This document shows, piece by piece, positions 11,962-23,309 of a stretch of DNA of 57,125 nucleotides. The notes under the pieces are model-generated. The model saw nothing but the letters and a program-made list of their open reading frames with translations, did no database searches and had not been told where the DNA came from. How positions within the stretch are numbered: position 1 is the stretch's first letter; each line of letters starts with the position of its first letter. Source of the DNA: Emiliania huxleyi CCMP1516 (taxonomy: Eukaryota); the NCBI RefSeq assembly GCF_000372725.1, contig NW_005201223.1, positions 160,361-217,485 of the forward strand, in the 5' to 3' direction. A program made the position numbers and the translations under genes.

Positions 11962-13277
11962 GGTTACTGGACCGTGTTCAACGACGTTGAACATTGTTCA
12001 ACGTCGTTGAACACTACTTAGGAATGGCCGTAGCTCCTCTCCACGAGCGATTGAGAAGACGTACCACGTGTCGATTCTGTATAGAATTGCAAGGCGCACA
12101 CGCTGGTGCAGGCGGGGAGTCGTCGATCCGACTCGTTCCGACGTGAAGTCGTGAAGGATTGGCAAACAGGGCATTTTGCCCAAGATTTGCCCTCCCGCGC
12201 GATCTTCTCGCGTCGGCAAGCGCGCGGGCCAGGATGGGCGAGCCGGTCCCGCCACGCTGGACGGGCCAGCGGCTGGCACGCGCCGGCCACTCCGGCGGCG
12301 CGGCGGCCTCATCGCGCTCGTCGTCTGCGAGGCCACCGCTCGGCGTCGCCGCGTCCGACGGCGATGGCGCTTGGCTGTGAGGTGGGATGGCGGCATGGTG
12401 CGCGCGGACGTGGGGGTGGTGCGGGATGCGCGTGCCAGCAAGCATAGTTTCACCTCCCCAACCCCGCAGGCGCGCCGACGTGCTGCCCGAGCGCGTTTGG
12501 AGGCAGCAGCAGCTCCTCGCGAGGCGCCTTCGGAGGGGTGCCACACCCCTTTCCCAGCCGCGCGCGAGTTGAGCTCCGATTTGCGCTCTTTTTCGCACAC
12601 GCCCGACGCTATGAGGTGAGGATCGACCATCCTCCGCAAGCAGGGCTTCGTCGGGCGCGTCTTCGTCGAGCGGTGGTGCATCTCCCATGCTCCCACCCGC
12701 GCCCTCCTCGCAGCCCGCCCGCGGCCGACACCGACGCCCTCACGGGCTCACCCTAGTCGTAGGTGCGGGTTTTTTGCGTGCCCTCCGTCGATACGGGGCG
12801 CTGGGCGATGGCTGGGCTTGTCGCCGGGCGAGCTGGCCCCTCAGTCGGCCGCGGAGCGGAGATGCGAAATCGAGGCGGCGCGGCCCCTGCGCGCAGCCTA
12901 TCCGGCCGGCGCGCGCATGGTTCCGTAGCCCGTCTAGTGCCTCACTGACCAACTCCAGCGCTACGGTCTACGTGGCCGGTGTGGTACTGGGGCTGGGCAG
13001 CCTTGGGGCCGGCGGAGACCGCCGTCTAGCGGTCGCACTAGTCGGATATCGTTGTTCAACCTGTTTGTTCAACGGTTGTTCAACCATACTTTGAGCCTTA
13101 ATTATTAATTCGGGTTTGGGTCTCTGAGGTCGATACTAGCGTCTATAACTTGCCACAAGCATGCTTTACAAAAGTCCAGCGGAGCTGGACTCGCAGAACG
13201 GCCGTCCGCGCGCGCTGTGAACAGCGCCGTGGTTGAACACTGTTCAACGTCGTTGAACACGTGACGGTCCAGTAACC
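11962..13277. mobile_element. Non-autonomous TIR DNA transposon, ~1.3 kb, TSD GAGGGC
   Basis: TIR ggttactggaccgt(cacgt)gttcaacgacgttgaaca.tgttcaac at both ends. gagggc at 11956-11961 and 13278-13283. Confidence 0.9.
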
Positions 13278-13516
13278 GAGGGCCTGAAAGTTCAAGGTGT
13301 TGCTGCGCAAAAGGGGTCGGACACAGGGCGCAGCTCATGCTAAGAGCTAGAAGAGGAGACAGAGAGAACAACCACCCTGTCCCGTTATTGCGTACACCAA
13401 CACCACAAAACGCTCTCTCTCTCCTGTCCTCACTCAGGGGGGTCACAACTACCAAGTCCCTCGACTAGCTGCCACAGGGCGCAGCTGCCACAGGGCGCAG
13501 CTGGAGACGCTCTCCC

Positions 13517-13830
13517 TCAATCGGCATCCACCCCCACCCGCTCCAGCCCCACTTCTGCTGCCGAGAGAGCTGAATCGAAGCAAGCGAGCCATTGCATCTT
13601 GGCGTGCTCCTGGAGCGCGGCTTTCTGCTTGGCGGCCACGAGCACGGCGGAGTCGGCGTCGTAGCGCGCATCGTTCCCGCTCATCGCCCATTCCTCCCAC
13701 GTGACGTGTGTCGGCCGCGATTCGATGTCGCCACCTTCATCGCCAACGAGGACTCCCTCGACTGCAGGGGGCTCCGGCGCGGGGAGGGACTCCGCCTGCT
13801 GCGCTGGCCGACCGCGCCCTCCTCCTCCAT
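13517..13830 (-). pseudogene. Possible frameshifted small gene fragment
   Basis: MEEEGAV then a frame switch to PAQQAESLPAPEPPAVEGVLVG...HAKMQWLACFDSALSAAEVGLERVGVDAD*. Confidence 0.3.
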
Positions 13831-14165
13831 GGGCTCGATCCGAATCCGCAGCGTGTCGTCCCCAGCGGCGGTGCTGCGCGGGAGGCGGCCGCGGGCACGC
13901 TGGGCTCGATCAGCGGCTTTCCCTCAGTTGCCCCGAAAGCACGGATTTGGCGGCCGTTCTTGGCTTCAATTTTACGAATGTCTTGGCACCAGCTGAAGGC
14001 TTGGGTCCCACATCGCCGGATTCGTGCACGGTATTCGGATTTTGCTATTTGTTCGTGTGGGGGTATATTGCAGATTTGTCAATGGTACCGCGTCTGCGAC
14101 GCGGGCGCCTTGCGAGCAGAGCCCTTAGGACACCCTTTATATCTTGCGCGGTCAAAAAATCGGGC

Positions 14166-14510
14166 AGCGCATGGCAAAAACTCGCCGCCTGAACATGGGC
14201 TGCAAGGCGCGCGGGCAGCCCGGCCAACCCTTCGACCACAAGAACGGCCACGGCTACGTCAAGGCGCATCGCGGTTTCTACCACGACGCGATCTTTGTCA
14301 AGCGCAACAACTTCAACCTGCTGCTCCACGAGACGTTCGGCGGCGGCTTCGGTGGGCGAGCTGCGCCGCCTCGCGCGCAAAGTCGCGCGCGGCAGCGTCG
14401 ACCGCACGGCCTACTCGCCCAAGTACTCGCTCTCTTTTATGTCCCACCCATGCAGAGCGTATCTCTCTCTCTGTTGTGCGAGGCGTGAACCGCGCCATTC
14501 GCTCTCACGG
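14166..14510 (+). mobile_element. Degraded 3' fragment of CRE/RLE-type non-LTR retrotransposon
   Basis: RLNMGCKARG...FDHKNGHGYVKAHRGFYHD...NLLLHETFGGGF is homologous to the C-terminus of ORF 49661-50863. Confidence 0.85.
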
Positions 14511-14662
14511 GGAGGGTGGAGAGGGGAACCCGCAACCCGGCCGCTCAGAGAGGTGGGAACGGCTTGTCGCCCGAAGCGCGAGAGGCTGGGCTAACTGCCT
14601 TGACCTCACGAGCGCTACGCCATCATTCGCTTCAACGCGCTGCGCGCCGACACGCCCGTCGC

Positions 14663-15630
14663 CTGAGGGAGGGAGGGTGTAGAGGATGTAGAGCGTAGAG
14701 CGCTGTAGAGTTGTAGAGATGTAGAGCGCTCTGGAGTGCTGTAGAGCTGTAGAGCTCTACATCCGCCGCGGGACGAAGCGCCTGCGTTGTAGAGCGATGT
14801 AGAGCGCGATTTTGTTGTAGAGTTTGTTGTAGAGGCTCTACAGCCAAACCGCCGGGAAGGCAGTGACTCAAAGAGGTCGACTCGCACTAATGGGGTGTCT
14901 CTGAGCTTACTGGAGCTCTGATGGACGGCCCTGACTATCCCTGACACACAGAGAGTCACTCTAACAGCACACAACACCCTATAACTGCGTCATGACCAGC
15001 CTGCCATGCGTCGCCGGTGCCGCATTCGTCGCAGTGTGCTCCTTTAGCAGGCGGTGGACTGTCGGCTGCGAGGACGGTCGCATTTGCGCGAGGCGAGGCG
15101 AGCATTCAGACGCGTTGCATGCGCCATGCCTCGCGCCAGCGCGTGCGGGAGCTCCTGGCTGAGCGTTGAGTCCAGGCGAGTTGCGCTGGCCACTATCGCT
15201 ACACCTAGCCGAGCTGACGCGCCGAGGCGCCGGCCAGTCGCAGCCGTGAGGCATACCACAGCAGCAGAGGCACCTCCCACCCATTGGGCGGGCAGACAGA
15301 AGGCCAGGGCAGCACTGGCAAGTGCAACGCGCCTCATGTCGGAGAGCGACCGTGCCTCGTTCGCCGCTTATGATGTAGAGTTTGTTGTAGAGATTTCGCG
15401 TTGTAGAGCGCCTCTACATCGCTCTACAACGCAGGCGCTTCGTCCCGCGGCGGATGTAGAGCTCTACAGCTCTACAGCGCTCCAGAGCGCTCTACATCTC
15501 TACAACTCCGTAATCCGCGCAGCACCGTGTAAGGTGTAACCTGAGGGAGGGTGTGAGGATTCTGAGTGTAGAGCACGAGAGAACTGTAGAGCTGTAGAGA
15601 TGCAGAGCGCTGTGTAGAGCGCTGTAGAGC
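14663..15630. mobile_element. TGTAGAG-array foldback/MITE-like sequence with 97-bp inverted repeat
   Basis: 14708-14804 is the reverse complement of 15412-15508 (1 mismatch). Many tgtagag/ctctaca units. Confidence 0.7.
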
Positions 15631-16021
15631 GCCGGCACCGCGCGCCCCCCGTGCGCGGTCTGGGGGCTGGCGGGGGGTGCCCCGAGACGGCGAGAGCCGT
15701 GGGTCGCGGGGGCGGGGCCGGCGCGCCGCGGCGGCGCCCGCTCGCCGCCCGCTCTCCCGGACACACTCCCGCGCCCTAGGCGCCTCTTCCACTCCTCGCT
15801 CGCTCGGAGTACGGCATGCCATCCTGTCTGTTTGAACACCACTCGAGTACTTTCGCGCTTGCGGTATCTTACGTACGGGCACATGCGCACATGCAAAAAC
15901 ACAAAAATCGGGACGGCTATACCGTATCGCGATTCAGCGGCCACTCCCGGCGGGTCGAGGTCGAGCGCGGCTACCGGGACGGCTACTTGTGACGTCCCGG
16001 GACCTTGAGGTGCGGTAGCCG

Positions 16022-16752
16022 TCACAAGGGGCCGAGGTCGAGCGCGGTCTCACCAGAGGCGACAGTGGCAATGCGGTAGCCAAAGGCGGCGACGACGCCG
16101 AGCAGGACGACGAAGAGGGCACCGTTGATGAGTGGCTTGTTCTTCTCGAGCGACTCGACCAGGTCCGCCGCCTTGAGGATGTCGTCGTCCGACTGCTTCT
16201 CGAGGCCCTCGGGCGAGCAAACCAGCACGCCCGGGTTCTTGAGCAGCAAGTCCGCCGCCGCCTTTTTGCCCAGCCGCTTGTTGAGCAGCGCGTAGGTGCC
16301 CTTGATCTTGCGCGGGCTGTTGAGGGAGGGCAGGATGACGGCCGTGTTCTTCGACAGCATCTCGAGCGCCACCTACCGGCGGGCGTGGCCTCTTCTCTCT
16401 CAGAGACAGCGCGACTTGGCACCTCTCCGAGAGGCACCTTCTCGTTCGGGTAGCACTTTTTGAACTCCCTCCACAGGATGAGGATCTCCTCCTCCTGACC
16501 GGCCTTCTTTGCGCCGCCCGTCTGAAAGGAAACCCTCTCCGCAAACTTCTGAGGAAGGCCGCCCTTGATCAGCTTGGCACGCGCCGGATCGGCGCCATCG
16601 GCGATCGCCGAGCCGCGAGGCCCTGGCCGGCTGCCTGCACGAGGCGCAGCGAGGCGCGGCGCGGCTGCTGCGGCGCCCCACGAAAGCTGCGCCGTCGGTG
16701 CGCCACGCCAGGCTGCTACAGCGATGAGCAGGGCGGCGGCGAGGGCTGGCAT
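16022..16752 (-). CDS. Unknown protein, probably plastid-targeted, with C-terminal TM; intron 16373-16437
   Basis: Signal peptide MPALAAALLIAVAAW. Splice YPNEK|VALEMLSKN...LLKNPGVL...TM GALFVVLLGVVAAFGY. Confidence 0.75.
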
Positions 16753-16895
16753 ATGTGAAGACAGTGGGAGTCTGTCGGGGCGCAAAAAAGAAATTGTCTT
16801 GCTTCGGTGTCGTCCGTATTGAACAAATGTGTGTGCGAGTGGCGAATCTCTGCTCTGCTACCTTCCCCGCTGCCCGACGTGGCGGCGCCCTCTGC

Positions 16896-18603
16896 TCAGC
16901 GCCCCCCGAGGACAGGAGGATACGGAAAGGGCACCTTGATGGCTGAGCCTTCGGCGCCGCCGATGCCGGGCACGATCTGCCGCTTGCGCGACTGGACGCC
17001 GACGAGGTCGATCCTGCCGTCGGGCAGCTCGGTCGGTGTGATGCTGTTTCCGTCGCTGTCGAGGAAGTTGCCCTCTCGCACAAGCTCGGCGGCGTACTCT
17101 GAGGAGGAGGGCAGGTAGGTTGCCTTGGGCACCACGCCATAGCTCGGATCGATCGCCTTGAAGGAGCTGCGCACGTCGGTGACGAAGAAGAGGCAGTCGC
17201 GCACGATGTTGGTGCCGTCGTCGCCGAGCATCGCCGCGTCGGTGCTCGCCTGGTCTATCTTGAGCTGCGCCTGGCACGCCGCGCCAATCTCGTCGGCCTG
17301 GCCAAAGAGAACGTCGGGGGTGATAGTTTCCTGCACGGCGACGCGCAGCAGGAAGGTCTCGCCGGTCGGGTCGGTGAAGGGGCCCTGGATCTTGCTGTCA
17401 AGCATTACGATGTCCGCCGGCGTGTACTGGGCGATGCTCGACTTCGCCTCGAGCATCTGCTTGGTCCAGCCCATTGTGTCGTCGATGCCCGCGAGAGGCG
17501 CGAGTATATCCACGGCGGTCTTGTCCGATTCGGTCGTGGTTGAGGAGGTGAGGCCGAGCGTGTCGGAGAGGATGGTGGCGAGCATCAAGCCAGCGATGTT
17601 CTTCTCGCACCCGGCGCCGGGGATGGGCCGATTCGCCTGCCGCGATCGCGAGAAGAGCACGGCGCCCGCCGACCCGATCGGACGCACGTCCACCTCGTCT
17701 GGATTGAGTGTGACGAGGCCTGTCAGCTTGTGGTGGTCGACGATTGATTGGATCTGGTCCGACACCACGTCCGCCGCGCCGGGCGGCATCTCGGCGACGT
17801 TATTCGTATCGACAGTGCCGAAGACGGGGAAGGGGATGTCGTTGATGTGCTTCAGTATGGGCGGTTTCGGGATGCCAAAGTACTCGAGTACCCACGCCGT
17901 CTCCGGGTTGGGCTCGTCTGAGTTGATGTACGCCTTGGCGCAAACGGCGGTGGTTGGGCCAGTATACCTGCGGTGTGGAGAGAGAGCCTCAGGGCCGTGA
18001 AGGCCTGTACAACGCCTGCAGCTCGACAAGAGGCACCCCGCATGCGGACCCGTGGGAGGGTGCGTCAGCTCCCACTCGCGGATGATGGCTGCGCTGATGG
18101 CGTCTGCGCACGCGCCACGACGTCGCATCAGCAGGCAGGTAATGGGCGCAGCCAGGCTGTGCGGATCGCACCGGTGTCGGGCGAAGAGTGGCCAAAAATT
18201 GCAATCTCGTCGCCCTCGCAGGGCGGCGGCTCTTCGCCGCAGGGTGGCGCGTTGTGGCCGATTATAATGCCAGGAAGCTCCAGCTTGTCAAAGCCGAAGA
18301 ACTTCGCCAGCGTCTTAACGGCCTTGCCTGACAGCTCGGCATCCTTCTCCGGCGCCACAGTCGACAAGAGCTGCAAGACAGAGGGGCGCGGTTAGCGCGT
18401 CAGCCAGGGGCGGGCATGCGGTGAGCTTCGGTTTATAGGGCGGGCATGCAGTGAGCTTCGGGAGAGGCGTGGGCCTTGGGCGCAAGATGCTGTCGGTGAG
18501 CGCCGGCGACGAGCAGGCAGAGGAGGCCGACGCTGGCGACGGCGGCAATCAGCGGGCCGGCGGGCGTGGAACACCGCGCGCGGCGATCACGGTCAATGAT
18601 CAT
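16896..18603 (-). CDS. ppaC: Family II (DHH) Mn-dependent inorganic pyrophosphatase-like protein with N-terminal signal anchor; introns 18371-18474, 18104-18171, 17968-18036
   Basis: IFGHSSPDT|DAISAA, NPET..VLEYF, IVDHH, PIGS, IAGLMLATILSDTL...TTT..D, MLEAKS, D.K, GVQSRKRQIVP. Confidence 0.88.
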
Positions 18604-18961
18604 GTTGTTGTTCTGCTGTGGTGCTCGTGTACACATATGATTTGCACAAACGTGAGGCGACCGGCCAACCTCCCTATTTATTACGGAATGCGGTCGGCCA
18701 TAGCAAGCCAGTAGATCGGTTAGTTCGGGGTCGCCTCGTCGCGGCTTGGGATGATGTAACCCTTGCAGCGTGCACTTGGAGCACTTGGAGTGCAGTCATC
18801 AACCTCACATCCAGGGCCGGGGAGCTGAGAAGCGCACCCAGCGAGCCGGATGATCGGCATCGGGCTACGGGCTAGAGAGCCCTGACCCCTAGCTCTAATT
18901 GCTTGATTTGTTTTCGACACGCGTCGCTCGCTGGGGCGCGCTCGCGGCCCCGATCCGGTGT

Positions 18962-20827
18962 ATGCGCCCGTTGCTGCAGGGCTTCCGCGGGTCGTGTACA
19001 GCGCGCGGCGGCGTGGCGGCCCACTCGCTGCCACTTCTCGCGCTGCGCGGCGGCGCGGCCGGCGCCGACGTCTCTCAGCTCGTGCTTGATGCGACCTTCT
19101 ACCTGGGCACTGCGATGGCATCGATGGCGGGCACCATCACAGCAGGCTCGTGCGAGATGGACCTCTTCGGCTGCACGATCGTGGGCACGCTCACAGCCAT
19201 CGGAGGCGGCACGATCCGCGACATCATCCTCGGCCGCACCGTCTACTGGCTGACCGACACGTCGCACCTCACCATCGCGCTCGCCGTCTCGGTGGGCATC
19301 TTCCTCACGTCACCGCCGGCTCGGTATGCGTGTCTTCACACCTCGCCTTGCTTGAGCAGGTCGCCATCTTCCTCACCTGGCCCGCCCTCGTCTCGCTCGG
19401 GCTGCGAGACTCGCACCTGGCCTTCCTGTGGAGCGACGCGCTCGGCATGCAGCACATGTGTGCGTCGTCGCAGACTGGTGGTGAAGGCTTCACCACTCAC
19501 GATTGGTCGTCAGGCATGGCCTCCTCGTGCATCGTCGGAACGCACATCGGCTATGAGCGGACCGGCAAGGCGCCTCTCACACCTCGTACCTCGGCCGCAC
19601 CTCGGCTGCACCTCGGCTGCACCGCGACTAGAAGAGAGAAGAGCAGCACCGCTTCTCCCCTCCACCGCGCTCTCCATGCCTCCCCATAGCCACAGCCGCC
19701 TCGCGCAGCCGCCTCCTCGACCCCTCCTCCTCCTCCTCGCTCCCAGGCGAAGATCGCGATCCTCTGCGGCGTGCTCACCTCCATCGGCGGAGGAGCGAGA
19801 TGTCCCCGAGAGCTCGCCCAGAGTGGATCTCGCCGAGAGGAGATCTGTCTCGCCAACTCACAAAGGCCCTCTCTCCGAGGGCCACACAGAGACTGCCTCT
19901 TCTCTAGGGCGTCCTCTCTCTCACGCCCATGCCCCAACCCTGACCCCAACCCTGACCCTGACCCTGACCCCCCGACCCCCTGACCCTCTGGCCCCTGGCC
20001 CCCTGCCCCCCTGGCCCTCACAGGCATCATGCGCGACCTTCTCTGCCTCGAGCGGCCGCGCGCGCTGCACGCCGACCGATCGATGTGCGCCACACCTCAG
20101 CTCACCTCGCCCACACCTCGCCGCACCTCGCCCGCACCTCGCCCGCACCTCGCCCGCACCTCGCCCGCACCTCGCCCGCACCTCGCCCGCACCTCGCCCG
20201 CACCTCGCCCGCACCTCGCCCGCACCTCGGCCATATGCTTGGAGGGCAGGTACGCCACGCCGGCGCTGCTCGGCGCGCTGCTGTTTGTGCTGTTGAGTGG
20301 CGACAAGTACTACGCCGCCGCGGAGCCGACGTCGCCGGTCCCGCTCCCCGCCGGGGCGGAGTACTTTGTGCCGTGGCTCTTTTGCCTGCTGCTGCGCGCC
20401 GCCGCCTGGACCTTCCGGCTCGCGCTGCCCCACTGGGCCCGCAAGCGGCAGTCCATCTTCGACTTGCGCGGCGCGCCTCCCCCGCTCGAGGCGCAGCCCT
20501 CTCCGCGCCCCATCGCCCCATCGCTTTTCCCGCGCGCCGTGCCATGGACAGGCTCGCTCTCGCTCGAGCCGCAGAAGCCGCAGTTCCAGGTGGCGCTCAC
20601 GCCGGCCGAAGGGCACAACTCCATCGCTGACCGGGCGGGGCTGGCCGCGGCCTCGCGCCTCTTGCAAGCCAGCGCCTCACTACTCACTATCCCCTGGCCG
20701 ACATTAGGTGGGCCGGCTGCTGCTCGGGCCGAAGCAGAGGCGCCGCTTTGGCCTGCCGCAGCTGCTGGTGCCCAAGGGGCGGCGGGGGCGGCGGAAGGTG
20801 CCGCCGCCGGCCGACGAGTTCGACTAG
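18962..20827 (+). CDS. TRIC/UPF0126 family (trimeric cation channel/glycine transporter-like) membrane protein, multi-exon
   Basis: MDLFG...LTAIGGGTIRD.ILG, SDALG, GVLTSIGGG|IMRDLL, YATPALLG. 3' end inferred via intron ~20668-20707. Confidence 0.85.
20103..20229 (+). repeat. 11-nt intronic minisatellite (CACCTCGCCCG)n
   Basis: About 10 tandem units. Related CACCTCGGCTG arrays at ~19598-19620 and 34335-34412. Confidence 0.95.
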
Positions 20828-21159
20828 AGCGGGGGATGCAAGAGCGCGCCTGTGCTCTCTCTGGGGGGGAAATAAAAGTGCACCAAAAGTTTTTCCTGGC
20901 CGGTGTGAATAGGCCCGCGGGTAGTCTCCCCCCATCCCCAGGGGGCCTCGGTCGCGGTCCAGGGCTCGCACCTCAACCTCTCACAGACCAGCGCATTAGC
21001 GCCATAGGACGTATTTTCTTCTCATAACAAGGCTGTGAATTTTCGTGTCTCCAAGCGAGGAATCGCGCCTCCCACTCTACACACTACCTCACCTAGTCGC
21101 ACGATATCGGACGATGACGCGAGGATCGCTCGCTATTAATACCCCCAATATCGCGGCTC

Positions 21160-21415
21160 CCACAAGAACGGCCACGGCGACGTCAACGGTTCGGTCAAGC
21201 TCAAGGCGCACCGCGGTTTCTACCGCGACGCGATCTTTGTCAAACGCACAACAACTTCAACCTGCTGCTCCACGAGACGTTCGGCGGCGGCTTCTCGCCC
21301 ACCGCTGTTCTCAAGCTGCGCCGCCTCGCGCGCAAGGTCGCGCGCGGCAGCGTTGACCGCACGGCCTACTCGGACGCCCCCAAGTACTCGCTGGCTCTCT
21401 TTTATGGTCCCACCA
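21160..21415 (+). mobile_element. Second degraded 3' fragment of the CRE/RLE-type retrotransposon
   Basis: cacaagaacggccacggc...caacttcaacctgctgctccacgagacgttcggcggcggcttc is shared with 14238-14350 and 50610-50660. Confidence 0.85.
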
Positions 21416-21496
21416 TGGCGGCGGGGGCGGGGCGGGACCTGACGAGTAAACACCTCGTCTACCATGTGAATGCTGCTGGGCGGAGTCGGCAAGCAC

Positions 21497-21575
21497 GCAC
21501 ATGCACATGCACATGCACATGCACATGCACATGCGCATGTGCATGTGCATGTGCATGTGCATGTGCATGTCATGT
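21497..21575. repeat. (GCACAT)n/(GCATGT)n quasi-palindromic microsatellite
   Basis: Hexamer run followed by its reverse complement. Confidence 0.9.
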
Positions 21576-23309
21576 GCATCAGTGCATAACATGTACTGTG
21601 CCTATATGCACACACGTGTGCACATTCAGGCGAGGTGTTTGCACGCCAGGGGCGGGACGCCCTAATTAAAAAACAACTCATCGTCACTAGTGCGCCCGCG
21701 GCCGCTTCCCGAGCGCGCTCGTCGCGCATCCGCTCGTGGTGGGCCTGCCGTGCCCCGCCGCGTCCGGCGACGGCATCGATGCTGTCCGCCCGAGCGTGAC
21801 TCGCAACTCCACGATTTGCCGTCCACGGCCAAACCGGCTCTCCCCACCAAACAAAGTTGAGTCCTCTCTCTCTAGAGAGAGATTTTTTCTTGCATTTTTG
21901 CTCCCGGCTAAGGGAGCAAGCAAGCCCACTCAACCCCAAGTACTCACCATTCTTACACTGGTGTAGCTTGTGCAGAGGCTGCAGCCTCTGCTGGGGCGGA
22001 ATGCGCGGGGTTTTCGGCGCGATGCCCTCGGCGAGTACACGCTACTGCTGTGCCGCACGCTCTCCTGCGCGCGCGTGACGTGTGGGACGCGTGCGCTGCG
22101 CTCAAACGTCGCGATTTGGCGATAGGCGCTCGAGCCGGCGCACAGCGGATAGGTGCGCCGCGCAGGGGGGGTCGGAGGGGTGCGACAGGGGGCGTGGGTC
22201 GGGCGCGCACCGGCTGGCTCCGGGAGCGGCCGTCACGTCGAGGAGTGGGGCTGTCGGCGGCTCGAGCGCCGAGGCGAGCCGCTCTGCGGCGCCGCCGACA
22301 GCCCCTCTTCCGAGCCGGCGCGTGGAGGCGAGCCGCGGCCGGTGTCGCTGGTGCGGTGGCGGCGCAGCGTTTATCCCCCCCCCGCCCCCGCCCGCGCCCG
22401 CCCGCCCGCCCGCCCGCCCTCAGGCCTTGCCCCTCCGCAGGCGCGGGAGTGCTCGCCGGCCGCGGCAAGCACCTCCTACCTCTCCTCGCGCGTCAGGCAA
22501 GGTGGGGGCAAGCGTGGCGGCGCGGGACGCGCGGCGGCAGCGGCGAGCAGCCGAGCGCTCCGTGCGCGGTGAGGCGGCCGGGCGAGGGCGCGGCGGGTGA
22601 CGGGGCAAGGGAGCAGCCGGGCGTGGAGCGGCAGAGCGCGCGTCTCTGGCTGACAGACGGAGCAGCGACACCGCGCCAGCGGTCGCTGCTCCGCCCCTCC
22701 GTCGCGCGCGCCGCGCGCGCGCTGCGCCCCTGCCGCCGCGCCCCCCTTCGCCGTCTGTTTCCCGCCGTATGGTGTGCGGTGCGCGCACGCGCAGCGCACA
22801 CGGCAGCGGCTCCCCACCGGCCCCCCTACCCACCCCCGGTCGCGCCGCCGCCGCCGCCCCCGCCGCCGCCGCCGCCCCCACTGTAGCGTTTGGGGGGGGC
22901 GACTGGCGACGGCAAAAATGCAAGCCCCGCCCCTGGCCACTGTAGCAATACCAAACAACTTGATATTCATTCATACTTGTAAAATCACAAACAATCGACG
23001 CACGACGCGGGGCCGAGACGCACACCAAAAGGATCGGCCATTCCAACGGCCAGACCGCTCGCTTAGGATTGGCTAGACGAGCGGTCTACCTCGTACTCGT
23101 ACTACCCCACGGCGGGGTATTCCATGGAGCGTGTCATCAAAACAAAATCTCGCGCGTCTGCACCCTTCTGCATCGGACCAAGGACAACAGAGCGACGCCC
23201 TTGCCCACCGTACCCGCTCAAGAGGCGCCCCGCCGCCGCCCTCGCCACTACCCTGTCCTCTGTCACCTGTCCTTGACACGCCCTCGACTCGAACTCAGAC
23301 GCGTGCCAC

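Noticed and set aside
19932..19990. True telomere or chromosome fusion site
   Set aside because: Short, degenerate and intronic
20103..20229. Tandem repeats (also 34335-34412 and 47110-47500) as CRISPR arrays
   Set aside because: No unique spacers, no cas genes, eukaryotic intronic or coding context
21889..22924. 13-bp inverted repeat cttgcatttttgc as a TIR pair
   Set aside because: Does not extend and no TSD is visible
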